The notes beneath the pieces were generated by a model. It saw only the letters and a program-made list of their open reading frames with translations. It did not search any database and had not been told where the DNA came from. 54,192 bases of DNA. Origin: an uncultured Oscillospiraceae bacterium (GTDB taxonomy: Bacteria; Bacillota; Clostridia; Peptostreptococcales; Anaerovoracaceae). The stretch lies in the NCBI GenBank assembly GCA_964559965.1, contig CAZLJV010000001.1, positions 1-54,192 on the forward strand, given 5' to 3'. Position 1 is the first letter of the stretch. Every line of letters starts with the position of its first letter. Shown here piece by piece: positions 8,013 to 17,599 of this stretch. The translations under genes and the position numbers were made by a program.

Positions 8013-9603
8013 ATGAAGGAAAAAACAATAAATGAAATGGATAATATTTACAAGTTAGACGGGCGCGTTCCTGTAGGCAAGGCTGTTCCTTTCGGACTGC
8101 AGCACATTTTAGCAATGTTCGTAGCTAATATTGCTCCGATTATTATCGTAGCAGGTGCATGCGGCTTAGATGCAGGGCAGACAGCTAATCTGATTCAGAG
8201 TGCTATGATAATCGCAGGTATCGGTTCAATGGTACAGCTGTATCCTGTCTGGAAAGTCGGCTCGGGGCTGCCTATCGTAATGGGTATCAGCTTTACCTTC
8301 GTATCAGTGCTTTGCTTCATCGGACCGACTTATGGTTACGAGGCTATAGTAGGTGCGGTTATCGTAGGCGGTATCATCGAAGGTATACTTGGCTTGCTTG
8401 CTAAGTACAGGTGCATGCGGCTTAGATGCAGGGCAGACAGCTAATCTGATTCAGAGTGCTATGATAATCGCAGGTATCGGTTCAATGGTACAGCTGTATC
8501 CTGTCTGGAAAGTCGGCTCGGGGCTGCCTATCGTAATGGGTATCAGCTTTACCTTCGTATCAGTGCTTTGCTTCATCGGACCGACTTATGGTTACGAGGC
8601 TATAGTAGGTGCGGTTATCGTAGGCGGTATCATCGAAGGTATACTTGGCTTGCTTGCTAAGTACTGGGTTAAGCTGATTGCACCGATTGTTTCAGCTTCT
8701 GTAGTAACTGCCATCGGTTTCTCTCTACTTTCTGTAGGTGCATCCTCATTTGGCGGCGGCTCCGGAAGTGAAAATTTCGGTTCGGTGGAAAATCTCCTTC
8801 TCGGTACAATAACTCTCATTTGCTGCCTTGTGTTCAATGCCTTGGCAAAATCCTACTGGAAGCAGTTATCCGTACTCTTCGGTCTTGTGGTGGGTTATAT
8901 TATCGCTATATGCATGGGAATGGTTGACTTCTCCGCACTGAAAGACTGCAGCATAGTGGCGCTGCCAGAGATTTTGCCATTTAAGCCGATATTCCACCCA
9001 GGCGCAATCGTATCTGTTCTGGTGATATTCATTGTGTCTGCTACTGAAACTATTGGTGATACTTCCGCTCTGGCTGCTGCTGGTCTGGGAAGAGAACCAA
9101 GTACAAAGGAACTTTCCGGTGCTATCGCCTGTGACGGATTCGTAAGCAGTTTATCAGGTGTATTGGGATGTCTTCCTATTACATCATTCAGCCAGAATGT
9201 AGGTCTGGTTTCAATGACTAAGGTAGTAAACCGCTTCACAATTTTTACGGGTACAGTCATTATGGTTTTAGCTGGACTGTTCCCAATGATCGGTACAGTT
9301 CTGGCAACTCTGCCAGACGCTGTTTTAGGCGGCTGTACGCTGATGATGTTCGGTAATATCGTAATCAGCGGTATGCAGATGATAGGAAAATGTGGATATA
9401 CACAGAGAAATATTACAATCGCAGCATTATCACTCAGTATTGGTCTGGGCTTCACTCAGGTCCCTGAGATTTTCTCAGTATTCCCTCAGATGGTACAGAC
9501 TGTATTCGCAGAAAACTGTGTAGCAGTTGTTTTCATCATTTCAATTGTATTGAATCTGGTTTTACCAGAAAATATGGAAGCACATCAGACAGAAAATAAA
9601 TAG
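8013..9603 (+). pseudogene. pbuX: xanthine permease (NCS2 family), reading frame broken by a 256-bp tandem duplication
   Basis: Two ORFs, 8013-8444 and 8389-9603, in frames offset by +1. Both encode the same 85-aa stretch GACGLDAGQ...GLLAKY. Deleting one repeat copy gives a single 1335-nt ORF of 444 codons plus stop. It sits directly downstream of xpt, as in B. subtilis xpt-pbuX. Confidence 0.85.
8152..8663. repeat. perfect head-to-tail tandem duplication, 2 x 256 bp
   Basis: By manual alignment, 8152-8407 and 8408-8663 are identical base for base. GTA(G)C microhomology occurs at the unit boundaries. Confidence 0.95.
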
Positions 9604-9626
9604 ACTAATAGGAGGAATCAAATCGT

Positions 9627-10997
9627 ATGAAATACGATGTAATCATTATAGGTGCAGGCCCTGGCGGAATTTTCTCTGCATATGAGTTAACACAGAAGAA
9701 GTCTGACATGAAAATCGCTGTTTTTGAGGCAGGACATGCTTTAGATAAGCGCCATTGTCCAATCGATGGAAACAAAGTTAAGTCCTGTATTGGCTGCAAA
9801 ACTTGTTCTATCATGAGTGGTTTCGGTGGAGCAGGGGCTTTCTCTGACGGAAAATATAACATTACCAATGATTTTGGTGGCACTCTGTATGAATATATTG
9901 GAAAGAAAGAGGCCATGGATCTGCTGTATTATGTAGATGATATCAACATGAAATATGGTGGAGCTGGCACTAAGATGTATTCAACAGCAGGAACTAAGTT
10001 CAAAAAAGAATGTATTCAGTACGACTTACACCTGCTGAACGCATCTGTACGCCATCTGGGTACAGATATAAATTATATCGTTTTAGAAAACATATATGCA
10101 GAGCTGAAGGATAAGGTTGACTTCTTCTTCGATACACCTGTGGAAACAGTAGTTGTAAATGATGGCACTTATGAAGTGAAGTGCAAAGATCAGAGCTACA
10201 CTTGCGACAAGTGTATCGTCTCTGTGGGCCGCAGCGGAAGCAAGTGGATGGAAAGAGTATGTAAGGAGCTGGAGATTCCGACTAAGTCAAACCGTGTAGA
10301 TATCGGTGTTCGCGTGGAACTGCCTGCTGAGGTTTTCTCTCATCTGACAGACGAGCTGTACGAAAGCAAGATTGTCTATCGTACTCCGAAGTATGGCGAC
10401 AAAGTCCGTACTTTCTGCATGAATCCAAAGGGTGCAGTTGTAAACGAAAATACCAACGGAATCATCACTGCCAACGGTCACAGCTATGAAGATCCGGCAA
10501 GACAGACTGAAAATACTAACTTTGCTCTTCTGGTATCTAAGCATTTCTCTGAACCATTTAAGGATTCCAATGGTTACGGTGAATCCATTGCTCGTCTTTC
10601 CAATATGTTAGGCGGCGGTGTTCTCGTTCAGCGTTTCGGCGATTTGATTCGTGGACAGCGTTCCACACCAAAGCGTATCGCTGACGCATTTATCACGCCA
10701 ACTCTGAAGGCAACACCTGGGGATTTGAGCTTAGTGCTGCCAAAGCGTATTCTGGACGGTATCATCGAAATGATTTATGCGCTGGATAAGGTAGCTCCTG
10801 GTACAGCTAATGACGATACTCTGCTCTACGGTGTAGAAGTTAAGTTCTATAACATGGAAGTAGAAGTAAGCGAAAAGCTGGAATCCCGCTATGAAGGTTT
10901 GTATGTAATCGGTGACGGAAGTGGTATTACTCACTCCTTATCCCACGCATCAGCCAGCGGTATTTATGTGGCAAGAGATATTCTGGAAAAACAGTAA
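9627..10997 (+). CDS. NAD(P)/FAD-dependent oxidoreductase (uncharacterised FAD-dependent dehydrogenase family)
   Basis: 456 aa. N-terminal Rossmann dinucleotide motif DVIIIGAGPGGIFSA and C-terminal GDGSGITHS motif. Confidence 0.7.
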   Translation: MKYDVIIIGAGPGGIFSAYELTQKKSDMKIAVFEAGHALDKRHCPIDGNKVKSCIGCKTCSIMSGFGGAGAFSDGKYNITNDFGGTLYEYIGKKEAMDLLYYVDDINMKYGGAGTKMYSTAGTKFKKECIQYDLHLLNASVRHLGTDINYIVLENIYAELKDKVDFFFDTPVETVVVNDGTYEVKCKDQSYTCDKCIVSVGRSGSKWMERVCKELEIPTKSNRVDIGVRVELPAEVFSHLTDELYESKIVYRTPKYGDKVRTFCMNPKGAVVNENTNGIITANGHSYEDPARQTENTNFALLVSKHFSEPFKDSNGYGESIARLSNMLGGGVLVQRFGDLIRGQRSTPKRIADAFITPTLKATPGDLSLVLPKRILDGIIEMIYALDKVAPGTANDDTLLYGVEVKFYNMEVEVSEKLESRYEGLYVIGDGSGITHSLSHASASGIYVARDILEKQ

Positions 10998-11018
10998 AAT
11001 AGTAAAAGCAAAAAAACA

Positions 11019-11054
11019 AGAGCCAGCTGGATTTGTTTCCGGCTGGCTCTTTTG
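11019..11054. terminator. bidirectional rho-independent terminator between convergent genes
   Basis: Stem AGAGCCAGCTGGA (11019-11031) pairs with TCCGGCTGGCTCT (11038-11050). The loop is TTTGTT. A T-run follows on the + strand and a T7 run follows on the - strand (A7 at 11011-11017). Confidence 0.7.
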
Positions 11055-11065
11055 TAAATTATATA

Positions 11066-11659
11066 TTATATTCCTAACAAGATTTCATCAATTCTGCTGA
11101 GAAGCTGTCCCATGTCATGGCGACGGCTTCTGGCACATGATTTAGCATCTTCCCCGCATATTAAGCACTGCCGCGGCTGTGCATTTAGCTGACTTCGGCT
11201 CACAGACTTAATGTCGTGAATCTGAAGGGGAGAGGCAGCTTGCTCATCGCAGTAGAGAATGTCTATGTCGAAAAGTCTTCCAAGTGAATCTGCTTCTTCT
11301 ACCTTAATTGCCAACTTTTTTATGTCACAAGCAAGCTCTGATGCATTAAACTCTCGCAAATCCAATTCTGCAGGCGATACAACTAAATAACCTTCAGGAC
11401 CGGTTTTTAGAGGCCGAAATTCCTCGTGCAAAATCTGGGCATGAAGGGTTTCGTTTGAATCGAGAATCGCCTTTAGGCGTTCTATAGCGATTCCAAGTGC
11501 TTTTCTATATTGCTCCTTGTCTTTTACTGGTCCCGGTATGTTCATGGTCATAGATATGAGAATCGATTTGTCATACTTTTCCAACAGATACAGCTGATGA
11601 TTCACTCTGTTTTCTCGTGAGTCAAGCAGATCTGCCAGTGTGAGCGGATTATCATTCAT
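11066..11659 (-). CDS. citX: holo-ACP synthase CitX (apo-lyase 2'-(5''-phosphoribosyl)-3'-dephospho-CoA transferase)
   Basis: 197 aa. Matches E. coli CitX blocks (LLDSRENR, PGPVKD, LGRLFDIDIL, RQCLICGEDAKSCARSRRH). Confidence 0.85.
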   Translation of the reverse strand: MNDNPLTLADLLDSRENRVNHQLYLLEKYDKSILISMTMNIPGPVKDKEQYRKALGIAIERLKAILDSNETLHAQILHEEFRPLKTGPEGYLVVSPAELDLREFNASELACDIKKLAIKVEEADSLGRLFDIDILYCDEQAASPLQIHDIKSVSRSQLNAQPRQCLICGEDAKSCARSRRHDMGQLLSRIDEILLGI

Positions 11660-12698
11660 CTACAAACACCTCTTTCATAAGGTATTCCATAGTAGTGTCA
11701 GGAAGCAGTTTGGACAATTCGGTGATTGTATCATCACCTGGGCGTTTCAGACTCTCTCCTAAGAGACTGCGAACTCGAGATGCACTTACCGGTTGGTCAT
11801 CTTTTTCCATACGAGGAAGCTCGACAACTTCGATTCCAGCTCGAGGAAGTCTTTCTTTCAGTGTCTGGTTGTAGACTGCTGTTACCGGTGAAAGCGGTTC
11901 TGTGCCCACATATCTTCGTGTCAGCTGCAGTGCAGGTGCGATATGGCGGCAAAAAATCTCCGCATCGATGGCAGTATGTGCCTTAGCTAAGTTTTCTTCT
12001 TTAGTAAAATAGCTTGGGAATGTCAGAGATGATACTGCATAACGGCCGCCTGGGATTACGAATACATTTTCCAAATCAGATGTGCCTCGCTGTACCATGG
12101 CGAAACGGTCTCTGAAGGAAAATAGTGACCGATCTTCTTCCACTACTAACAGATAGACAATATCGCTATTTGCCGATGCTTGTTCTACCAGCCAGCGGTG
12201 TCCGCGAGTAAATGGATTGCAGTTCATGACTAAAGCTGAAGCCTGAAGCGTGTCAGCAGAAGCCTGAGTTGAGTGTAAAACGGCCGCCTGGGAAGATTTT
12301 GCTGTGAGACGAAGATTCGATGTATAATCCTCAATCCCGGAGTTTCCCCATTCCAAAAGAGCCGCATAGGGCCGGGCTGACGCAACGAGGCGAAAGCCCA
12401 GACCCTGGAATTGTACTGCTTTTTCAGGTTTTGTAAAGAGATGCAAGCTGCTGAGACCTTTTTCGGAAGCGACACCGATAAGGTGAGTTAGGAGCTTACC
12501 CATCAAATCTTCGCCCTGATGGGCTGGATCGACGGCGACAGCTTGAATCATATCTGATTTCAGGCTGCCTGTAGCGATCAGCTGGCCGCTTTCCGTGAAT
12601 ACTCCTGCTGTATAATCTACGCCTTCAGGTCTGGACAGCGAGCATTGTGACAGTAAATTTTCGACCTTGGACAGGTCTGTTTTTTCTGCGTAATACAT
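11652..12698 (-). CDS. citC: [citrate/citramalate lyase] ligase (acetate:SH-ACP ligase)
   Basis: 348 aa. N-terminal GNAT-like domain plus a cytidylyltransferase-like domain with NPFTRGHRWLVEQA. Overlaps citX by 8 nt. Confidence 0.85.
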   Translation of the reverse strand: MYYAEKTDLSKVENLLSQCSLSRPEGVDYTAGVFTESGQLIATGSLKSDMIQAVAVDPAHQGEDLMGKLLTHLIGVASEKGLSSLHLFTKPEKAVQFQGLGFRLVASARPYAALLEWGNSGIEDYTSNLRLTAKSSQAAVLHSTQASADTLQASALVMNCNPFTRGHRWLVEQASANSDIVYLLVVEEDRSLFSFRDRFAMVQRGTSDLENVFVIPGGRYAVSSLTFPSYFTKEENLAKAHTAIDAEIFCRHIAPALQLTRRYVGTEPLSPVTAVYNQTLKERLPRAGIEVVELPRMEKDDQPVSASRVRSLLGESLKRPGDDTITELSKLLPDTTMEYLMKEVFVDE

Positions 12699-12708
12699 AA
12701 ATCTCCTG

Positions 12709-14112
12709 TTATTTTACGGCCTTAATTGTGTCAAGCAGGCTACCGTCACGGTAGAGGACATTTGCAACTACCTTGTCGGTGAGCTGAGGCTTGCGTGGAG
12801 TTCCGTTGAGCTTTTCAGCCATTTCCTTTAAGTCGTGAATGTCTACGACTGGAAGGTTTGCATCACGGAAACGTTCTGCCAGTTCAGGACGAAGTGGGTT
12901 AACAGCGATACCACGCTGAGTAACCAGTACATCGACAGTGTTGCCTGGAGTGGACTTGCAAAGTACGTTGTCCACAACGATTGGCAGTCTTGCTCTGGAC
13001 AGAGGTGCAACGATCATGGACATCTTTGCGCCTGCTGCTGTATCAGAGTGTCCGCCGGAACCGCCCATAATATAGCCGTTTGAATCAGTGTGTACATTTA
13101 CATTGAACTGTGTATCGATTTCAGTAGCGCCTAAGATAACTACATCGAGGCTGTCTACTGCACTGCTCTTTGCAGTTGGGCTAGCATAGTGAGCCGCAGT
13201 TACTTCCATGTGGTATGGGTTATTGCGGATTGATTCTACTGCACCCAGGTCGAAGCACTGTACGTCATAAAGTGCCTTGAAGCAGCCAGACTGGAGCATA
13301 TCTACCATGTAAGATGTGATACCGCCCAGACCGTAGCTTCCCTTTACGTTCTTCTTCATCATGATGTCTTTCAGATACTTAGCTGCAGCCAGTGATGCAC
13401 CGCCTGCACCTGTCTGGAAGGAGAATCCGTCTGTCAGCAGACCAGATGCATCGATAGCACGAGCTGCATAATCAGCGATTACCAGACCTACAGGGTCCTT
13501 TGTGATTTTAGTTGTGCCGGAAACGATACCGGAAGGTTCACCGATTTTATCTACTGCTACTACATAGTCGATGTAGTTTTCTGCGATGGAGTAGTCAACC
13601 AGTGGGTATTCTACCAGATTGTCAGTGATTACTACTGACTTAGATGCGTACATAGCATCTGCAAAAGCATAGCCTAAAGAACCGCAAGCGGACTTGCCGA
13701 TTTTGCCAGTGCAGTTACCCATGCAGTCAGCTGTTGGTGCTGCGATGAAGGCTACATCGATAGGGGACGCACCACGGATGATGTCGCTTGGACGACCACC
13801 GTGAGTACGGAATGTTACTGGCTTATCCATGAGACCTTCACTGATGGCACGACCTACAACGCCGCCCATGTAGTCAGTTTCGATACCTGTGATTACACCG
13901 TCTCTGATATATTCGATGAAAGGTGCATGTGTATCAAAGATGGAGCTGATATTTACATTTAAGTCCTTGATGCCCATTTCGCAGATTGCATCTAAAACCA
14001 TAACTGCAACCATATCTCCGTTACGCAGGTGATGGTGGAAGGAAATGGTCATACCGTCCTTCAGACCAGTCAGCTGAATGGCTTCCTTTATGCTTGAAAC
14101 TAATTTGCTCAT
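12709..14112 (-). CDS. citF: citrate-lyase-type alpha subunit (acyl-ACP:substrate CoA-transferase); predicted citramalate lyase alpha
   Basis: 467 aa. N-terminal GMTISFHHHLRNGD motif of CitF. RBS GGGAGG is present. Starts 1 nt after the citE stop. Confidence 0.85.
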   Translation of the reverse strand: MSKLVSSIKEAIQLTGLKDGMTISFHHHLRNGDMVAVMVLDAICEMGIKDLNVNISSIFDTHAPFIEYIRDGVITGIETDYMGGVVGRAISEGLMDKPVTFRTHGGRPSDIIRGASPIDVAFIAAPTADCMGNCTGKIGKSACGSLGYAFADAMYASKSVVITDNLVEYPLVDYSIAENYIDYVVAVDKIGEPSGIVSGTTKITKDPVGLVIADYAARAIDASGLLTDGFSFQTGAGGASLAAAKYLKDIMMKKNVKGSYGLGGITSYMVDMLQSGCFKALYDVQCFDLGAVESIRNNPYHMEVTAAHYASPTAKSSAVDSLDVVILGATEIDTQFNVNVHTDSNGYIMGGSGGHSDTAAGAKMSMIVAPLSRARLPIVVDNVLCKSTPGNTVDVLVTQRGIAVNPLRPELAERFRDANLPVVDIHDLKEMAEKLNGTPRKPQLTDKVVANVLYRDGSLLDTIKAVK

Positions 14113-14113
14113 A

Positions 14114-15001
14114 CTATTTTCCTCCCTTCTTCAAAACAGCGCTTCCGTAGATAGCTTCTGCTGCTTCGAGTACCTGACGAGCACGGGAAACGATAGGAGC
14201 GTCAATCATCTTTCCACGCAGGGAAACAACGCCCTTGCCCTCTGCCTTAGCCTTTTCGATACATTCGAATACATCGAGAGCGTACTGAATGTCTGCTTCA
14301 GTTGGGCTGAATACCTCGTTGATAAATGGAATGTGACGAGGGGAGATGGAGGACTTACCTGTGAAACCAAGGCTCTTGGCGAACTTAGCATCTTCAATCA
14401 GACCATCATAATCTTCAACATCAGTCCAAGGTGTATCGTAAACATCTACGCCAGCTGCACGAGCTGCGAGAACCATTCTTGAACGAGCATAGAAGATTTC
14501 AGTACCTTCCTTTGTACGCTTGCAGCGCATATCAGCAGTGAAGTCTTCACCACCTAAGAAGATAGCTACAACTCTTTCGTCAGCGGAAGCAATTTCGAAA
14601 GCACGTTCTACGCCCAGTGCTGTTTCAATCAGAGGAATCAGCTTTACAGAACCCTTTTCGATTCCGTATTTTTCTTCCATCTGACCGATATATTCGGAAA
14701 CGGTGCGAACATAATCGCCGCTGTCAACCTTAGTAGGCATGATTAAATCAGGCTTAACCTTGATGATTTCTTCTAAATCCTTCTGCCAGTAAGGGCTGTC
14801 TAAAGGATTGATACGAACGATTACTTCACGAGTGTACTTAAAATCTGTAATAGCGTTGCGAACTAAGATTCGGGCGGAATCCTTTTCTGTAGGCGCAACA
14901 GCATCTTCTAAGTCTAAAATAATGGCATCAGAGCCTAAAAAATCAGCATTAAGTAAGATGTTAGGGCTATTTCCCGGTAAGAACAGCATACTTCTTCTCA
15001 T
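14114..15001 (-). CDS. citE: citrate-lyase-type beta subunit (citryl/citramalyl-ACP lyase)
   Basis: HpcH/CitE motifs MLFLPGNSP, ILDLEDAV, LIETA. I place the start at MRRSMLF (ATG 14999-15001), preceded by GGAAAGGAGAAG, rather than at the longer track ORF start of 15061. Confidence 0.85.
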   Translation of the reverse strand: MRRSMLFLPGNSPNILLNADFLGSDAIILDLEDAVAPTEKDSARILVRNAITDFKYTREVIVRINPLDSPYWQKDLEEIIKVKPDLIMPTKVDSGDYVRTVSEYIGQMEEKYGIEKGSVKLIPLIETALGVERAFEIASADERVVAIFLGGEDFTADMRCKRTKEGTEIFYARSRMVLAARAAGVDVYDTPWTDVEDYDGLIEDAKFAKSLGFTGKSSISPRHIPFINEVFSPTEADIQYALDVFECIEKAKAEGKGVVSLRGKMIDAPIVSRARQVLEAAEAIYGSAVLKKGGK

Positions 15002-15003
15002 GG

Positions 15004-15276
15004 CTACACTTCTCCTTTCCCGCGGCATACAGCCGTTTCTACTCTGGAGCGAATGGTGCAATCTACAGCGCCACGGTCGCTTACGGTAAGTTCTGCGTCA
15101 TTAACGCCTAAATCTGCCAAAGTCTGACGAATTACCGCCTCGATTTCTGGTCCGAACTGCTGCATCACAACAGAAGTCAGATTCAGCACAATACCGCTGC
15201 CAGCCTGTGCCGGTGCGATTTCTACATAAATGTCGCTGGATTCCAGCGTTCCAGCATGCGCTTTCTGTTTAATCAT
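15004..15276 (-). CDS. citD: citrate-lyase-type gamma subunit (acyl carrier protein)
   Basis: About 90 aa starting MIKQKAHAGTLESSDIYVEI. ESSD contains the prosthetic-group serine of CitD. The track ORF extends to 15306, but the internal ATG has an RBS. Confidence 0.85.
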   Translation of the reverse strand: MIKQKAHAGTLESSDIYVEIAPAQAGSGIVLNLTSVVMQQFGPEIEAVIRQTLADLGVNDAELTVSDRGAVDCTIRSRVETAVCRGKGEV

Positions 15277-15295
15277 AGTGACTACCTTTCTTTCC

Positions 15296-16258
15296 TTATA
15301 TGTCATGCTCCACGAAACCGTCTGATTTCAAAAGGAGCAACACAACCGAGAATGCCAGCAAATCAGCCGACCCTCCCGGACTTAAATTCCGTCGGATGAA
15401 TTCCTCATCTAATTTTCTAACCTCATAGATATCAAGATGCTCAGCGCCACATCTCAGCAGCCTTTTCGCTTCTTTCTTCGCAAAATCCATGCCTTCCACT
15501 CCTCCTCGATGCACAAGGTTGCTGTCCTCTGTGGCTTCGAGAATTGAAAGCAGGCAGTAGATTGCAGCATCATTTTCGCTTCTTCCTGCTTCTAAGGCTT
15601 CCTCCAATGATGGAAGTCCGATTTCAAAAGCTGTAGCGAATCCGCTCAAAGCTTCCTTTCGGATTCCTCCTGTGCCTGTTGCCTCAAGTGCCTTTAGACC
15701 GTGAGTGCCTGCAGCCGTATCTGACTGAAGAAGTGATGATGCAATAATCTGGCATAAGTGCTGAAGATCTCCGCAGCAGGGTGCGTTTGGGGAAGCAGAT
15801 GCTGATATTGCAGCTGCTGCACACAGGATTCCCATGCTGAAAATTGCTCCTTTATGTGTGTTCACACCGCCAGTTGCTTCATACATGGCTGTTTCGCCAG
15901 CAAGTCCTATTGACCTGAGCTTGGAAGGAAGCTGAGAAATGTCAGCATCTGTCGCAGCTTTGGCACAGCTGAGAAAGCAGGAGTGCAGAGATTTTGCGCT
16001 GGAAAGGAACATAGCATAATCCATGTCTTTATGAGCGCCGTTGTTATCTCTGTCCACAAGCCCCGGTTTAGGTGTTGTATTTACTTCGCTGAGCAGAGCA
16101 CTTACGGCGAAATCAGCAATCTTATTACAATCTAAACCTTGAGAAGGAGCGTATGTAAAAGATGGGGAATAAGTGAAAGACGCGGAAGAGAAAACCTCTC
16201 CCCGCGTCATATCTTTTCCGGTTTTTCCGTGCATACGGATTATTTTGCCTGCATGCAA
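15296..16258 (-). CDS. citG: triphosphoribosyl-dephospho-CoA synthase
   Basis: 320 aa with the TPKPGLVDRDNNGAHKDMD signature of CitG. The start is uncertain: alternative ATGs lie at residues 9 and 17, and the annotated start overlaps the mal stop by 19 nt. Confidence 0.85.
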   Translation of the reverse strand: MHAGKIIRMHGKTGKDMTRGEVFSSASFTYSPSFTYAPSQGLDCNKIADFAVSALLSEVNTTPKPGLVDRDNNGAHKDMDYAMFLSSAKSLHSCFLSCAKAATDADISQLPSKLRSIGLAGETAMYEATGGVNTHKGAIFSMGILCAAAAISASASPNAPCCGDLQHLCQIIASSLLQSDTAAGTHGLKALEATGTGGIRKEALSGFATAFEIGLPSLEEALEAGRSENDAAIYCLLSILEATEDSNLVHRGGVEGMDFAKKEAKRLLRCGAEHLDIYEVRKLDEEFIRRNLSPGGSADLLAFSVVLLLLKSDGFVEHDI

Positions 16259-17481
16259 GCCAGGATTCTCTGCATTTCGTTGTATACGATCATGTAGCCT
16301 TCATCTACGCCCATACCTGGCTTAGCCAGAATCTGGTCAGGCTGTGTAGCCATTGCTACATTTACGCAAACCTGTGCGGAACGGTCTGTTTCGTTGCAAG
16401 TACCACCCTGGTAAGCGCCGATGCCTTTTTCCTTACAGTAGATAACTGCTTCTGCAGTGTTATTAATACCACCCAGGTCAGGAGTCTTAATCTGAACCAT
16501 GTGACCTGCCTTGTTGTCTGCGAAGTACTTGATGTCTTCCAGAGTGTTACACCATTCGTCTGCAACCAGTTCAACGTCGATGCCTCTTTCGTCAACCAGC
16601 TTAGTCAGTGCAGCCAGAGCCTGCATCTGAGCTTCTCTTTCTTCAGCGTCCATAGGACCTTCGATTCTCAGCTTGAAAGGCTTAGCAGCTTCAACCATTC
16701 TTTCCAGAGCGTCTGCCATTGCTTCGTAGTTGTTTACGCCATAAGCCATACCCATAGTACCGTAAACGTCGATGTGCAGAACTGGCTTGTATTCCATGGA
16801 AGGAGCTAACTTCTGGATTCTGTCTGCTAACCACTTGATATATTCAACCAGGATTTCACAATCCTTACCCAGCTTAGTTTCTACGTTGTTGATCAGAGCG
16901 TGAGGCAGAACGTCTGCACCCTTCATGATCATCTTGTCAGCGTTGTCATATCTGTTGTCGCCGGACTGAGTGAAGATAGGAATCTGCTTGTAATCTGGAG
17001 TCAGACCATATTCGTCTGCGATTACTTCGCACATCATCTTCTTGTTAGCCTTAGCTACTGCATCTAAGATTGCCTGGGAAACACCGTAACGAATTGCAGT
17101 GTGCAGTCTCTTGCCGTCGACTTCGATTGCTTCCATAGCTGCGCACATTTCGCGGAAGGAAGTGATTTCATGACCTGCCAGAGTAGGAGCAACATGTTCT
17201 TCGATTACTGGAATGAAGTCAGCAGCCAGGAACAGAGGGTCACGTCCGCCTGCACCGGAGTACTGTACAGCAGCACAGTCGCCGTATGCGATCTGACCAT
17301 CTTCAAGAACCAGCATTACGGAGATTGCTTCGCCAGCCTGACGAACAGCTGTAAAACCTGCAGTTACAGGTTCGCCTACATATGCGGAACCGTCGGACTT
17401 AGCGCCACCCTTGATTGCTCTCTGGTCATCGAAGAAGAAACCAGTTCTACCCTTAGAACAAATTACTTTTGTGATTTTCAT
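16240..17481 (-). CDS. mal: 3-methylaspartate ammonia-lyase (beta-methylaspartase)
   Basis: 413 aa, near-collinear with Clostridium tetanomorphum methylaspartase as I recall it (DDQRAIK, CAAVQYSGAGGRDPLF, AGHMVQIKTPDLGG, GGTCNET). Confidence 0.95.
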   Translation of the reverse strand: MKITKVICSKGRTGFFFDDQRAIKGGAKSDGSAYVGEPVTAGFTAVRQAGEAISVMLVLEDGQIAYGDCAAVQYSGAGGRDPLFLAADFIPVIEEHVAPTLAGHEITSFREMCAAMEAIEVDGKRLHTAIRYGVSQAILDAVAKANKKMMCEVIADEYGLTPDYKQIPIFTQSGDNRYDNADKMIMKGADVLPHALINNVETKLGKDCEILVEYIKWLADRIQKLAPSMEYKPVLHIDVYGTMGMAYGVNNYEAMADALERMVEAAKPFKLRIEGPMDAEEREAQMQALAALTKLVDERGIDVELVADEWCNTLEDIKYFADNKAGHMVQIKTPDLGGINNTAEAVIYCKEKGIGAYQGGTCNETDRSAQVCVNVAMATQPDQILAKPGMGVDEGYMIVYNEMQRILACMQAK

Positions 17482-17599
17482 CTCTATTTTCCTCCATGTT
17501 AGGCTGCCGGCTGCTTATAAAAGCAGCCGTGGCAGTCATATCTTTTTATTTAATATATTTAGTAATTTAATAAATTAACAAGTTTATTGTATATCGGAA

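Noticed and set aside
8895-9455. 186-aa minus-strand ORF inside pbuX; also 2513-2896 (127 aa, alternative frame within cobS)
   Set aside because: Both overlap strongly supported membrane-protein genes, and both have shadow-frame composition.
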